Shown: one piece after another, positions 27,666-37,700 of the stretch
How positions within the stretch are numbered: position 1 is the stretch's first letter
Layout of the letters: each line of letters opens with the position of its first letter
NCBI GenBank assembly: GCA_964502145.1
Contig: CAZCVI010000002.1
Coordinates: forward strand, 117,383-181,382
From: an uncultured Clostridia bacterium
GTDB lineage: Bacteria; Acidobacteriota; Aminicenantia; UBA2199
Length of the DNA stretch: 64,000 bases
Reading direction: 5' to 3'
The notes under the pieces: generated by a model
Databases searched by the model: none
What the model was told of the DNA's origin: nothing
The model's input: the letters and a program-made list of their open reading frames with translations, nothing else
Program-made: the position numbers and the translations under genes

Positions 27666-27813
27666 AGAAATAGGGTTCGCTGCTGCTTTTTTGGGTTATC
27701 ATGCGAGTATTTTAAAGGAAAGCAGCCAAAAAAGCAAGGGAATTAATAATTCTGGATTTACCTTCTATTTGTTTTCCTCTTGACTTTACGGGGAATTATC
27801 TTTATAGTTTCTT

Positions 27814-29202
27814 TTGATAAATAATTTTAATGAAGGATATGACATGCCTGAAACAAATAATGAACCAAGATTCACGTGCGATTGGATTTTTAATATACTG
27901 GTGGTCTTAAGCGACGGGAAAGTGGTGTGCGGGTGCGCGGACCCTTATGGTCAGAGACCTCTGGGCCATTTACAGGAAAAGGGAATCTACGAGATTTGGA
28001 ATTCTGAGCCAGTGAAACAAATCCGCCGGGATTTGAACGCGGGACATGCCGATTTCTGCGGTCCCTGCGGTTTGAAACGGTTCCTCAAAGAAAACGAAAC
28101 GCTACCACAAGCACCGGAACACCTGGACGTATTACCCCGACTATTTTTGGAACCGACGGTGTTATGCAACCTGAACTGCTTCAAAGCGGTGTGCAGCAAA
28201 GAAGCGGATATCTTAAAATCGCGCACACGGACTATTTTTCCGGTTGAAGAATTTAAAAGTCTTTTAGATCAAGTGTGGGAGAAACTGATCCGCTTGGATT
28301 TTTTTAACTACGGCGACCCTTTTGTTCATCCACAAGCGGCGGAAATGATGGCTTATATTAAAGAAAAATACAGGCATATCTATCTGTATGTGAGTACGAA
28401 CGGATTGATGCTGGATGAAGAGAAAATAAAAATTCTGGCGGCTTCGGGGGTGGATGAGATTACATTTTCGGTGGATGGGGTAGATCAGGAATCGTATGGT
28501 CACTACCGACAGGGCGGGGATTTTAATAAAGTGCTGGGGCTGATGGCCAAAATGGTAGCGGAGCGAAATAAAATAGGTCGCGAAGTGCCTTTTATTAACT
28601 GGCGTTATATTCTGTTTAATTGGAACGATTCCGTTGCGCAGATGAAACGGGCGAAAAAACTGGCGGCCAAAATCGGCGTCGATCGTTTTACCTGGGAAAT
28701 CACGGATCACCCAGTAGAAGGGAAATCGGAAAAATACCAGATCGGCACGGAGGCATGGAAAAAGATATATTATGAAATCTGGGATACGAGCCAAATTGGC
28801 AACGTGGTGAAAAAGAATCGTTTCATGGCAAAAATAAAGGTCTTGTCTGGACGGGTGGATATGGCGGTTGGGGGTGACGCTGTGAATGTCCGGGTGCAAG
28901 TGAAAAACAAGGGGGGCGCACTGTGGCGGAAAGTAACGTGGTCGGGTCGTAGACTGGTTCGCCTGGGCGCACAATGGTATGACAGGGATAAAAAACTGCT
29001 GGACCTGAATTATGCACGGGTGTTTTTAAATAAAGACTTGGGTTATCGGAAAAAAGATATCTTAACGATCACGTTACCGCCATTATCGCAACCTGGGGAG
29101 TATTTTCTGAAGTTTGATATGGTTTCGGAGGGCAATGATTGGTTTGAAAACGGGGGCTCGCCAGTGGTGTGGGTGCCGTTTAGGGTTTATGCGGGGGGGT
29201 AA
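27814..29202 (+). CDS. Radical SAM-like protein with an N-terminal SPASM/twitch-like Cys motif and an atypical Cx3Cx4C core motif
   Basis: The N-terminus LSDGKVVCGCADPYGQRPLGHLQEKGIYEIWNS...FCGPCG resembles the end of a SPASM domain. It is followed by LEPTVLCNLNCFKAVC and DFFNYGDPFVHP / YVSTNG elements. Confidence 0.45.
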   Translation: MINNFNEGYDMPETNNEPRFTCDWIFNILVVLSDGKVVCGCADPYGQRPLGHLQEKGIYEIWNSEPVKQIRRDLNAGHADFCGPCGLKRFLKENETLPQAPEHLDVLPRLFLEPTVLCNLNCFKAVCSKEADILKSRTRTIFPVEEFKSLLDQVWEKLIRLDFFNYGDPFVHPQAAEMMAYIKEKYRHIYLYVSTNGLMLDEEKIKILAASGVDEITFSVDGVDQESYGHYRQGGDFNKVLGLMAKMVAERNKIGREVPFINWRYILFNWNDSVAQMKRAKKLAAKIGVDRFTWEITDHPVEGKSEKYQIGTEAWKKIYYEIWDTSQIGNVVKKNRFMAKIKVLSGRVDMAVGGDAVNVRVQVKNKGGALWRKVTWSGRRLVRLGAQWYDRDKKLLDLNYARVFLNKDLGYRKKDILTITLPPLSQPGEYFLKFDMVSEGNDWFENGGSPVVWVPFRVYAGG

Positions 29203-29256
29203 TGGGAGGAATGGGAAGTATGGGAATTATGGGAGTTATGGGAAGAATGGGATATT
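29203..29256. repeat. 9-bp tandem repeat array (aatgggaRK x 6). Its reverse complement is the same repeat family found in-frame in the NRPS A domains.
   Basis: aatgggagg aatgggaag tatgggaat tatgggagt tatgggaag aatgggata. The reverse complement contains the 26-nt string actcccataattcccatacttcccat, identical to nt 54118-54143. Confidence 0.8.
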
Positions 29257-29356
29257 TAGAACTATTTCTGAAAACACTGAATTTTATTAAAATAAGCTTG
29301 TAAGATTTTTAAATATTTTATATGATATCAGGGTAAATAATGAATTGGAGGTTGTT

Positions 29357-30148
29357 ATGGATTTAAAAATTAAAGGAAAAGTGGCGGTAGTCACGGCTTG
29401 CAGTAAGGGGTTGGGTTTTGCTGTGGCTGAAGCTCTGGCTGCAGAAGGGGTGAACCTGGCGATTTGTTCGCGGAATAAAGAAAAAATCGCGGAAGTGGCC
29501 GATTACCTGCGTGCGATGTATGAAGTAGACGTGCTGCACGATGTCTGCGATGTGACGGATAATGAGGGTATTGTGGCTTTTAAAGAGAAGGTGATCGAGC
29601 GTTTTAAAACCTGCGATATTCTGTTTACGAATGCGGGCGGCCCGAAACCAGGGAAAATTGAGGATTTTACAGGCGCGGATTTTAAAAAAGCCATTGATTT
29701 GAATCTGATGAGCACGATTAATTTGATATATGCTTTTTTGCCTTATATGAAACAACAAAAGTGGGGCCGGATCTTGGCTTTGACTTCTATCTCGGTGAAA
29801 CAACCAATTCCAACGCTGGTGCTTTCCAATGTATCGCGGGCTGGGGTGGTGGCGTTTATCAAGAGTTTGGCCCGGGAAGTGGCACCCCTTAATATCACGG
29901 CCAATACAATCGCCCCGGGGTACTTGATGACGGAACGGGTGAAAGACCTCCTGGAAGTGAAAGCAAAAAACGAGGGGATTACCTACGAACAAGCCAGAAC
30001 GGGAACAATTGAACTGATCCCGGTACATAAAATCGGGGCACCCCAGGACCTGGGGGCATTATGCGCCTTCCTGGCCTCGGAACATGCTTCCTATATCACG
30101 GGGGGAACACATCTGATTGACGGGGGAATGTATGGTGGTTTGATGTGA
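29357..30148 (+). CDS. Short-chain dehydrogenase/reductase (SDR, 3-oxoacyl-ACP-reductase-like)
   Basis: A GGAGG RBS, then MDLKIKGKVAVVTACSKGLGFAVAEALAAEGVNLAICSRN (a TGxxxGxG-like motif) ... NAGG, and a catalytic YxxxK-type region. Confidence 0.7.
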   Translation: MDLKIKGKVAVVTACSKGLGFAVAEALAAEGVNLAICSRNKEKIAEVADYLRAMYEVDVLHDVCDVTDNEGIVAFKEKVIERFKTCDILFTNAGGPKPGKIEDFTGADFKKAIDLNLMSTINLIYAFLPYMKQQKWGRILALTSISVKQPIPTLVLSNVSRAGVVAFIKSLAREVAPLNITANTIAPGYLMTERVKDLLEVKAKNEGITYEQARTGTIELIPVHKIGAPQDLGALCAFLASEHASYITGGTHLIDGGMYGGLM

Positions 30149-30152
30149 CAAC

Positions 30153-30224
30153 AGCGGGCAACGGGGCTCGAACCCGTAGCATCCAGCTTGGGAAGCTGAT
30201 ACTCTACCATTGAGTTATGCCCGC
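30153..30224 (-). tRNA. tRNA-Gly (anticodon CCC)
   Basis: The reverse complement reads GCGGGCA-TA-ACTC-AATGGTA-GAGT-A-TCAGC-TTCCCAA-GCTGA-TGCTA-CGGGT-TCGAGCC-CCGTT-GCCCGCT. It shows a cloverleaf with a GGTTCGAGCC T-arm. CCA is not encoded. Confidence 0.8.
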
Positions 30225-30561
30225 ACTGTTGAAAAATAGTATTTTATAAAAAAAATCATTGAAATGCAATAGGTTCGCGCATTTTTTTTGCATTTTATTT
30301 TTTTAGAAAGGGTCTGCAAGAATAGATAGTGAAGGGAAGTGATTGTAGGGATGGTTCAAAATGGGTGTATAAAAAAAAGGCAGGCTGACGAATGAACCAT
30401 CGACTCATGTATTTCAAACGTCAGTCTGCATTTAACGGACTTTTATGTCGGTGTTACACTAACACCATGTTTTCATACCATATATTATATATAAAAATGG
30501 CGAATTTTCAATTTATTTTTTTTAATATATAATGTAAGAAAACTGTGAAGTACTTGAATAC

Positions 30562-31173
30562 TTAGATGACACCTGCCTTTTTGAGGTATGCGATGACGGT
30601 TTCCACTTCTTGGTCAATGGTGTGGGTATCGGCGTCAAGTATGATCTCGGCGCGTAATGGTTCTTCGTAAGGGGCGGAAATACCGGTAAACTCTTTGATC
30701 TCGCCATTCTTGGCTTTTTTATACAGTCCTTTGGGGTCTCGTTGTTCGCAGGTATCTATGGACGCTTTGACATAAATTTCGATAAAGCGACCAGCCCCGA
30801 GGAGTTCTCTGCCAAAATCGCGGTCTTTGCGATAAGGGGAAATAAAGGCGGTGGTGGTAATGACGCCCGCATCGGCGAACAGGTTACCTACTTCTGCAAT
30901 ACGACGGATATTCTCTTCGCGATCAGCGGGGGAAAAACCGAGGTTCTTGTTGAGACCGTGACGGATATTGTCGCCATCCAGTACATAGGTTAATTTACCG
31001 ATTTGATGCAGCCGGGCAGTCACCTCGTTGGCAATAGTGGATTTGCCACTGGCGGAAAGTCCGGTAAACCATAATAATACGCCTTTTTGTTTGAGAAGGG
31101 CTTCACGCTCTTCACGACTTACTTTGTGCTCGTGCCAAGTGATGTGGGTGGCTTTCTGAAAATTGCTATTCAT
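30562..31173 (-). CDS. cysC: Adenylylsulfate (APS) kinase
   Basis: [23 protein letters not shown]-loop, followed by conserved ...[17 protein letters not shown]... Confidence 0.85.
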   Translation of the reverse strand: MNSNFQKATHITWHEHKVSREEREALLKQKGVLLWFTGLSASGKSTIANEVTARLHQIGKLTYVLDGDNIRHGLNKNLGFSPADREENIRRIAEVGNLFADAGVITTTAFISPYRKDRDFGRELLGAGRFIEIYVKASIDTCEQRDPKGLYKKAKNGEIKEFTGISAPYEEPLRAEIILDADTHTIDQEVETVIAYLKKAGVI

Positions 31174-31299
31174 TGCTGTACTTATCCTCCAAAGGGTGAT
31201 GTTGTGTTTTCTTTTTTGTTTTCTTTTTATTATTATTTTATTTTAAACAATAAAAGGTAACGATAGCAAATTATTGGCATAAATGCAAGGAATTTGTGC

Positions 31300-31345
31300 G
31301 GAAAAAAATGTGGACGATATGGACAGTATGGACGATATGGACGAT
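31300..31345. repeat. 9-bp tandem repeat array (tatggacRa x ~5), related to the repeat family at 29203
   Basis: tggacgata tggacagta tggacgata tggacgatg. A further related array (gtccaYatc) lies at 37786-37815. Confidence 0.6.
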
Positions 31346-31358
31346 GGGGATGGTGAAT

Positions 31359-32006
31359 TTATTCTAGAGAGGGGGATTTGACTTTGAGAGAGAGGGTGTT
31401 TTTCTGGTCGATCATCATTAATTCGAGGTTTAGAACTTTGGCAATATAATGGAAGGTTTTGGGGGTGAAGAAGGAGATGTGGGTGGCATCGCGGCGATAC
31501 CACCACTGGAAGAATTGTGCAGCCACGGGAGTTTGCAGGGGATGGAATAGGGTCATAATGGCCAATATGCCACCGGGATTGAGCAATTCTTTTAATAAGG
31601 TGAGTGTCTCAAAGGGATTTTTGAGATGTTCCAGTACCTCGGTACAGGTGATGAGATCATAGGTGTGCCCAAAATATATTTTTTCCGGGGCAAAGTAGGG
31701 GTCATAGACGTGTACGTCGTATCCTCTTTTTTTTAAGAGTGAGGCCAACACAGGGCCAGGACCGCTACCGAAATCAAGGGCGGTTTGGATGTGGGGGTGG
31801 AAAGGGTGAATGCTTTTTGCTATGAACTGTTCTAACATGGACACGTATCCACATTCTTCGACAGTATTTATATGTTGGAGATATCTTTGCCGTTCTTGTT
31901 CGGGAGGAAGTATTTTTGACTCTGCAATGGCAATAAAATAGCACTTGGGGCAGAAATAGTAATAAAGGATAGGGCACAACGGCCCGGCACAAATTTTACA
32001 GCCCAT
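31359..32006 (-). CDS. Class I SAM-dependent methyltransferase with an N-terminal Cys-rich (zinc-ribbon-like) segment
   Basis: MGCKICAGPLCP...FCPKC, then a motif-I-like LDFGSGPGPVLASLLKKRGYDVHVYD and a post-I/II GGILAIM. Confidence 0.55.
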   Translation of the reverse strand: MGCKICAGPLCPILYYYFCPKCYFIAIAESKILPPEQERQRYLQHINTVEECGYVSMLEQFIAKSIHPFHPHIQTALDFGSGPGPVLASLLKKRGYDVHVYDPYFAPEKIYFGHTYDLITCTEVLEHLKNPFETLTLLKELLNPGGILAIMTLFHPLQTPVAAQFFQWWYRRDATHISFFTPKTFHYIAKVLNLELMMIDQKNTLSLKVKSPSLE

Positions 32007-32019
32007 CAGGGGGAATTTA

Positions 32020-32490
32020 TTACTCCTTTATAAAGGGTGGAAGTTCTTTATAACTCTTCTGGGTCAGAAAGAGACTGCTGTCATAGTAATATTTATCCGC
32101 TTCTTTAACGAGAATGATGACAAAAATTTCACCACCGACTTTTTTCACCATGCCAGCCATTCCGTCTTTACCTTCAAAGGTAGTCATCAGGCGGAACTCA
32201 GTGACGTCAATGATGTCCTTGGCATTGGCCTTGTATTTGGTAAAAATGCGATCCATATCGGCTGGGTTCTGGGAGATTATGGCTTGGTATTCACTCCGTT
32301 TTTCTTCGGGCATTAGCGCGATGATGGTGGTATAGTCACTGGTTTGGAGTGCTAAAAGGATTGCCTTGGTCACGGCATTGGGATCGGCTTGATCCACTTC
32401 GGCAGCCTGTAAAAGAGAATAAAAACCGTAAAATCCCAACGCCAAGAAGCATACAATATAAATACATCGGCTGGTTGCTTTAAGCATCAA
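32020..32490 (-). CDS. Small secreted/lipoprotein-like hypothetical protein
   Basis: A 156-aa protein with an N-terminal hydrophobic signal (CIYIVCFLALGFYGFYSLLQAAEV). Confidence 0.45.
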   Translation of the reverse strand: MMLKATSRCIYIVCFLALGFYGFYSLLQAAEVDQADPNAVTKAILLALQTSDYTTIIALMPEEKRSEYQAIISQNPADMDRIFTKYKANAKDIIDVTEFRLMTTFEGKDGMAGMVKKVGGEIFVIILVKEADKYYYDSSLFLTQKSYKELPPFIKE

Positions 32491-32685
32491 ATCCTCCTAA
32501 AAGCTTTTATTCTTCATCTTCCACTGTTCTTGGCTTTCTCCTGCGATACTAACCGATTTTATAATATTATATCATACCAGCTTATTAAAAAAAAAACAAG
32601 TAGAAAAACAGCCTAAATTCACTGCCGTGTTAAAAAAAATTATGGTTTCGAGATTATGGCAGTGAATTTAGGCAGTAGAAAGTAT

Positions 32686-34866
32686 TTATTTGATATTCAT
32701 TTCGGTTATGAGGTGTCCGGCGCCAGCGAATTTATCGAGGAACCAGAGAATATACCGAATATCAACGCCGATGGAACGACTGTATTTTTCATCCCAGCCA
32801 AAATCGTTGATCGTGGCTTCATACACGCGGTCGAAATTAAGGCCGATCAATTGACCCCAGGCATTTAAAACGGGGCTTCCCGAATTGCCGCCGGTGGTGT
32901 CCATATTAAAAAGGATGTTAACGGGAACATCTTTTAATCCGGGATGCATAAACATACCGTATTCTTTGTTTTTGGAGAGGTTCAGCAATCGTTCGGGGGC
33001 GATATAGGGGGGCAGGCCGGTATTTTTTTCTACTACGCCGCTTAGAGTGGTAAATGGTTTGTAATACACGGCATCGGCGGGAGAATAGCCGCGAATATGA
33101 CCATAAGTTAATCGTAACGTGCTGTTGGCATCAGGAATAAAGTGGGTGCCTTTAAACTCTTTTTTGACATCGATCAATTGCGCGGATAATTCATCAAGTA
33201 TTCCTTTTTGTTGTTCCTCTTTATTTTTCTTATTTTGGAACGTCGGATAGAGCGCGGCAGCCAGTCGGAGGAAGGGATCATCGATTTGCTGTAATTCGAG
33301 GGTGCTCTTGGAGAATAAACCGATGAGGTAATCGTTTTCATAGAGCTTTGAAGTGCTGTAGGCTTTTTCTATGAAGGAATCGACAGCTTTTTCCACTTCC
33401 ACTTCAACACCTTCTTTTCTGGCCAGGATAAGTTCTTCCACGGCAGGCACGCGATAGGGGACGGGCATGGTAGCGGCTCTCATCAAGACCGCTTTTAAGA
33501 TGATTTTATCGGCTGCGGGCACATAGTTTCGTAAACCCAGGGTCATGAATTGTTTGGTGCGGTCGAAATTACGCTCCATATATTCGGATTCACGGTCGGT
33601 GTCTTTCTTTTTTAATTCGATAGAGGCTTCATATACGGTATACGCATTGGCTAACATGGCACTGCTACGATTGAAGAATTGCAGCAGGAGGTCATAATTG
33701 GCGTCCTTGCGTTTTTCGCTGTAAAGCTCTTTAAGCCGTTCCAAGACTGTGCCGTATTTTTGCTGGCGTTTGGGATCGGCATTGATAAAGGCCAACATCT
33801 CTTTTTCTTCTTGTTGTTTTTTTTCGGTCAGTTTCAGGGCTTTTAGTGCTTTTAACTGGCCTTTATAGGATTTCATGGTATTCCACAAGCCTTTCAGTTG
33901 CGGGGCCAATTTGATCTCTGTGTCACGGTCTTTTTTGCTCAGTTCTTCCAGCACGTGGATGTTCCAACTGAATAATTCGACGACGTATGGTTTGCGTATT
34001 TCTTCTTCGAAAGCGTAAAAATAGGAGGAGCGATGTCTGAAAGTCGAGCCGGGGTAGCCAAGAATAAACACGAAATCTTCTTCTTTGACTCCTTCTGGGG
34101 CCACTTGGAGGTATTTTTTAGGGTGGAAGGGGATATTTTTTTCCGAGTATTCAGCGGAGGAACCATCTGGGGCGACATAGGCTCTCATGAAGGTAAAATC
34201 GCCGGTATGTCTGGGCCACATCCAGTTATCGAGTTCGCCACCGTATTCACCGATACTACGGGGTGGGGCATACACGAGGCGGATGTCTTTTAAATAGGTA
34301 TAGATAAATAATATGTAGGTTTTACCCTGGAACATCTCGGCGACTTCGGCGCGGCGACCGGGTAATTTTTTCTCTGTGAGCACGACCATATCTTTGATTG
34401 TTTTTTCAATGGCTTTGGTACGTTCTGCATAGGTCATTTTTTTCTTGATGGCTTTTAAGATGTCTTGGGAGACATCCTGGTAGGATTCGATTAAACGAAC
34501 AGTGTATCCTTTGGCGGGTAATTCGGTGGCGCGTTCCATGGCGGTAAAACCGGTGAGCATATAATCTTTATCCTGGGTGGTGACGGATTGAATAGCGCGA
34601 AAGGCGCAATGGTAATTGGTTAGTATTAAACCCTCGGGTGACACAAAGGAGGCGGTACAGCCGCTTAAATTAATAATGCCATCAATCACGCTGACGCCAG
34701 CGGGATTGTACAGCTCCTTGGAATCGAGTTGAAAGCCAAGGACTTTGAGGTCCAGTTTACTTATTTCACTCAATGGGATCATGCCCTCTTCAGAATAAAG
34801 GGCGAGGGGTAACGAACAGCAAAGCAACAGGATTGCTGCGAATAGAATACATCTTTTTAATGTCAT
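32686..34866 (-). CDS. S46-family dipeptidyl-peptidase (DPP7/DPP11-like serine peptidase), secreted
   Basis: A signal peptide. GCTASFVSPEGLILTNYHCAF is the catalytic His region, and TTGGNSGSPVLNAWGQLIGLNFD is the catalytic Ser motif GxSGSP. Confidence 0.75.
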   Translation of the reverse strand: MTLKRCILFAAILLLCCSLPLALYSEEGMIPLSEISKLDLKVLGFQLDSKELYNPAGVSVIDGIINLSGCTASFVSPEGLILTNYHCAFRAIQSVTTQDKDYMLTGFTAMERATELPAKGYTVRLIESYQDVSQDILKAIKKKMTYAERTKAIEKTIKDMVVLTEKKLPGRRAEVAEMFQGKTYILFIYTYLKDIRLVYAPPRSIGEYGGELDNWMWPRHTGDFTFMRAYVAPDGSSAEYSEKNIPFHPKKYLQVAPEGVKEEDFVFILGYPGSTFRHRSSYFYAFEEEIRKPYVVELFSWNIHVLEELSKKDRDTEIKLAPQLKGLWNTMKSYKGQLKALKALKLTEKKQQEEKEMLAFINADPKRQQKYGTVLERLKELYSEKRKDANYDLLLQFFNRSSAMLANAYTVYEASIELKKKDTDRESEYMERNFDRTKQFMTLGLRNYVPAADKIILKAVLMRAATMPVPYRVPAVEELILARKEGVEVEVEKAVDSFIEKAYSTSKLYENDYLIGLFSKSTLELQQIDDPFLRLAAALYPTFQNKKNKEEQQKGILDELSAQLIDVKKEFKGTHFIPDANSTLRLTYGHIRGYSPADAVYYKPFTTLSGVVEKNTGLPPYIAPERLLNLSKNKEYGMFMHPGLKDVPVNILFNMDTTGGNSGSPVLNAWGQLIGLNFDRVYEATINDFGWDEKYSRSIGVDIRYILWFLDKFAGAGHLITEMNIK

Positions 34867-34935
34867 GGGAAATTCTCCTAATCTGTTTTGTTATTAAACG
34901 ACTAAATAAAAATTATTTTACCGGATTTGCTCGTA

Positions 34936-37266
34936 TTAGTCAATTGTTTGGTTATTGGGTTGGGCTTTTATTTCGAGGTAAAGACTCTGCAAAATATCCT
35001 TGATGATGCGGTAAAAAGAGAATGGAAAGACAAAGGTGCGGACATTATAGGCTTTGAATTCGGCGAATCCCTCGGATTTGTCTAAAAAGAGGTAGATGCG
35101 TTGGGGCAGGGTCAGGCCACGGAGAAGAAATTCGCGTAACATTTCGGGGTCGCAGAGCAGGATATCCATTTCTTTCATCTGGGGCTCGTTGTATACGACC
35201 ACTGTATCCAGTGTCGTTTCGGCTAGGGATTCGAGTAGTGCGGCGGTTAATTGCCGGTGGTGGAAATTTAATAGAATGCGTGGCGCGGTGGGCTCCAAAA
35301 ACTGGGAAAAGGGGATTTTATCCTGGTTTAACATTGCCTCGTTTCCGGGTACTTTCTTCTGGATAATAGGGGCCAGCATCTGGGCGATATGGGGGAACCG
35401 TGTGAAAAATCGCATCCAATCGCCCAGGTTGATGTGACTGCATGTAGTAAACGCATGGGCGAGATAGTCGTTGAGCAGTTCTTTTTTCATGACCAGTGTC
35501 ATGCGATGCTCGATGATGGCTCGTTCCAAGAGTTCAAAATCAAAGTCCTGGGATTGGATTAATCGTTTCAAGGCTGTGAACCCCTCTTCTATGCGCTTGA
35601 ATTCCAGGAACATATCATGGAAACTGGTTTTTATGCGTCGTAGTTCGCCTTTTTCCTGGGGGGTGAGGTTGGTTTCCCGTTTGGTTATAAAAAGGGACAA
35701 TGATTCGTTGATATTGTGGTAGGTGTCGATATCCAGGGTTTTTATGTATTTGAAGATGTTCAGAAACAGCAGGGTTAATTCGAGATTGTTGGCATTGATG
35801 ATCTTGGCAAACAATTTGGCAATGAACTCTTTGTCCTTAAAATTGAAGATCAGTTCCATGGGTATTATTTTTTCGATCAGTTGCAGGTATTTTTTGGTTT
35901 TGGAGACTGCCAGGTCTTCTACCACGATTTTTTCTAACAGGCGTTTGACTGTGGTTACTGGGAACAATTGGGATATGGTGTCAAAGTAGTCCTGGCCCAT
36001 AAAAAAGAATTCCCGTTCCCGTTCGGGGTCAAACAAGAGGTCTTTAACTTTAAACTCGTAATTCTCTTTTACTTTTGTCAGCAGTAGTTCTTTGAGGCGG
36101 TAGGTATCGGACAAAAAAATATTTTTGACCAATTCTACCAGATCGGGTACATCGTTATAGGGGAGGAAGCGCACAATGATGGCTTGGTCCTCGAAAGAAA
36201 GGGTAAAAAAGTGGTGGACAAAATAATCCAAGCCCTCTTTGAGGGAGAGGAGGGTACGGATGATTGATTCGTTAAGGGGTTCTTTTGCCCTGTAGAGGGT
36301 GAAAAGGAAGGGCGAGGCGACATCGTTTCCAGCCAGTTCTTCGATGATCGTGGGGCGTAGTTTTTCATCATCCGAATAGGTGGCTTCGATAAAGGAGATG
36401 ATTTCATCTTTTTTGCTTTTGCAGATCATGGCCAGTAGGAGTTGTCGCACGCGGATATCGCGGACATGGGCGAACTTTTCTTGTAAATTTCCAAGTTGTT
36501 CTTCCATGATAAATTGGTAGCGGGTGAGGTATTGTTTGAAATGATGGGTGAGCAGGTACAGTTCATCGCATTCTGGGGCGGTGATGCAGGGAATCTGGTG
36601 GAATCGGGTTTCGTAGAATCCTAAAATCTCGTTATCGTGGAAAATATCGCCGGTGATGCAGAGGATTTCAAAGGCGCCGTTTTGGATGAGTGGGTCCGGG
36701 CTGTTGAGGAATTTGGTGAACACGGTGACGTGTTCGGGGGTGAGGATACGTCGTAATATATCGAGGGCGATTTTAAAGGATTTGGGGTTCTTCTGGCCTT
36801 CCAGGAAACGGGGCATGAGGGCCAGGATGGGGTTATTTTCCTTGATGCGGCTGATTTCGGCGTTGATTGTGCTCAAGAGCATCGGATTATTTATCTTTTG
36901 CAGGGTTTGATTTAGAATGTTGAGGGCGGAGCGGTCGTTAAATTTTGAAACGGAGATGATCGCTTCTTGTTGGAGGCGGGAGTGTTGCACCGTGTCGATG
37001 ATTTTTTTCAAGGCAAACAGGAAGGATGGGCATCGCAGGTAACCGGCGACGCGGATAATTTCCATGCGTAAATCTGGGACCAGTGAGGAATCGTTTAACA
37101 GGCTGATCATTAATTCTTCGGCGGGCTTTTCGCCTTCTTTGACCAGGTTTTCAAGGGCCATGCGGAATTCCATTCCTTTGAATTGACTGGCATGGGTTAC
37201 AAGTGTTTTGATCTTTTCTAATATTGTATTTTTTTCGTCCATTGGTTTTATTATAGCAAAAATCAA
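34936..37266 (-). CDS. Large alpha-helical (HEAT/ARM-like) hypothetical protein, divergent from the NRPS gene
   Basis: A 776-aa ORF. No catalytic motif recognised. Confidence 0.45.
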   Translation of the reverse strand: MIFAIIKPMDEKNTILEKIKTLVTHASQFKGMEFRMALENLVKEGEKPAEELMISLLNDSSLVPDLRMEIIRVAGYLRCPSFLFALKKIIDTVQHSRLQQEAIISVSKFNDRSALNILNQTLQKINNPMLLSTINAEISRIKENNPILALMPRFLEGQKNPKSFKIALDILRRILTPEHVTVFTKFLNSPDPLIQNGAFEILCITGDIFHDNEILGFYETRFHQIPCITAPECDELYLLTHHFKQYLTRYQFIMEEQLGNLQEKFAHVRDIRVRQLLLAMICKSKKDEIISFIEATYSDDEKLRPTIIEELAGNDVASPFLFTLYRAKEPLNESIIRTLLSLKEGLDYFVHHFFTLSFEDQAIIVRFLPYNDVPDLVELVKNIFLSDTYRLKELLLTKVKENYEFKVKDLLFDPEREREFFFMGQDYFDTISQLFPVTTVKRLLEKIVVEDLAVSKTKKYLQLIEKIIPMELIFNFKDKEFIAKLFAKIINANNLELTLLFLNIFKYIKTLDIDTYHNINESLSLFITKRETNLTPQEKGELRRIKTSFHDMFLEFKRIEEGFTALKRLIQSQDFDFELLERAIIEHRMTLVMKKELLNDYLAHAFTTCSHINLGDWMRFFTRFPHIAQMLAPIIQKKVPGNEAMLNQDKIPFSQFLEPTAPRILLNFHHRQLTAALLESLAETTLDTVVVYNEPQMKEMDILLCDPEMLREFLLRGLTLPQRIYLFLDKSEGFAEFKAYNVRTFVFPFSFYRIIKDILQSLYLEIKAQPNNQTID

Positions 37267-37372
37267 ATTGTTTTAGAATCATCTGGAAAAAATATAAATT
37301 CCTCTTAATTCGGAACTGTTCGGGTAAGATGATCGATGAGTACGATATTCATCGTGATTGCAGAAAACAAAG

Positions 37373-37700
37373 GGGGGGGGGCTTAAGTGGTGAAAATATG
37401 TTTCGTCCGTTGGGTTTTTGTAATTATTTATAGAACTGTCTATCTTTTTGTAGAATTATCTATCTTTTTGTAGAATTTTCCTGTTTTTCGTAGAATTTTT
37501 TGGTTTTAGAGACAAATTTCTAATTTCAGTTACAATTTTTTAATAATTTTTAAAAAATTGCGGTTACAGGGACAATTTTTTAAAAATTCCTTGAAAATTG
37601 TAGTGGTGCGGAGAAAATTGTAGCCATGGGGACTTTTTTTTAAATATTTTTGAAAACATGCACCTACAGGTCCAATTTTGTAGGCAGGGAGTTTGTAGGC
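37373..37700. promoter_or_regulatory. Divergent intergenic control region upstream of the NRPS gene: G9 homopolymer and iterated short direct repeats
   Basis: A G9 tract at 37373-37381. tctatctttttgtagaatt x2 (+1 degenerate) at 37434-37500. gaaaattgtag x2 at 37596-37625. tttgtaggcag x2 at 37677-37705. Confidence 0.4.

Noticed and set aside
29203-29256. Possible CRISPR array, from the short regular repeats here, at 31300, at 37786 and at 37434-37500
   Set aside because: The units are 9-19 bp and directly abutting, with no unique spacers. No cas genes are present. These are microsatellite or iteron repeats.
29202-29303. 33-aa ORF MGGMGSMGIMGVMGRMGYLELFLKTLNFIKISL overlapping the rSAM stop (TAATG), and a 19-aa ORF MWTIWTVWTIWTMGMVNLF at 31299-31358. 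I considered both as three-residue-repeat (triceptide-like) RiPP precursors.
   Set aside because: Both are simply translations of the dispersed 9-bp tandem repeat family, which also occurs in the opposite orientation inside the NRPS. The W-repeat ORF is not adjacent to any maturase. They are more parsimoniously repeat by-products. The idea is kept only as a checkable note within the 27814 finding.
30225-30561. Possible integration junction next to tRNA-Gly, with an imperfect inverted repeat gcaggctgacg...cgtcagtctgc at ~30380-30430
   Set aside because: I found no direct repeat of the tRNA 3' end elsewhere in the window and no integrase gene nearby. The inverted repeat is imperfect and has a 28-nt loop.
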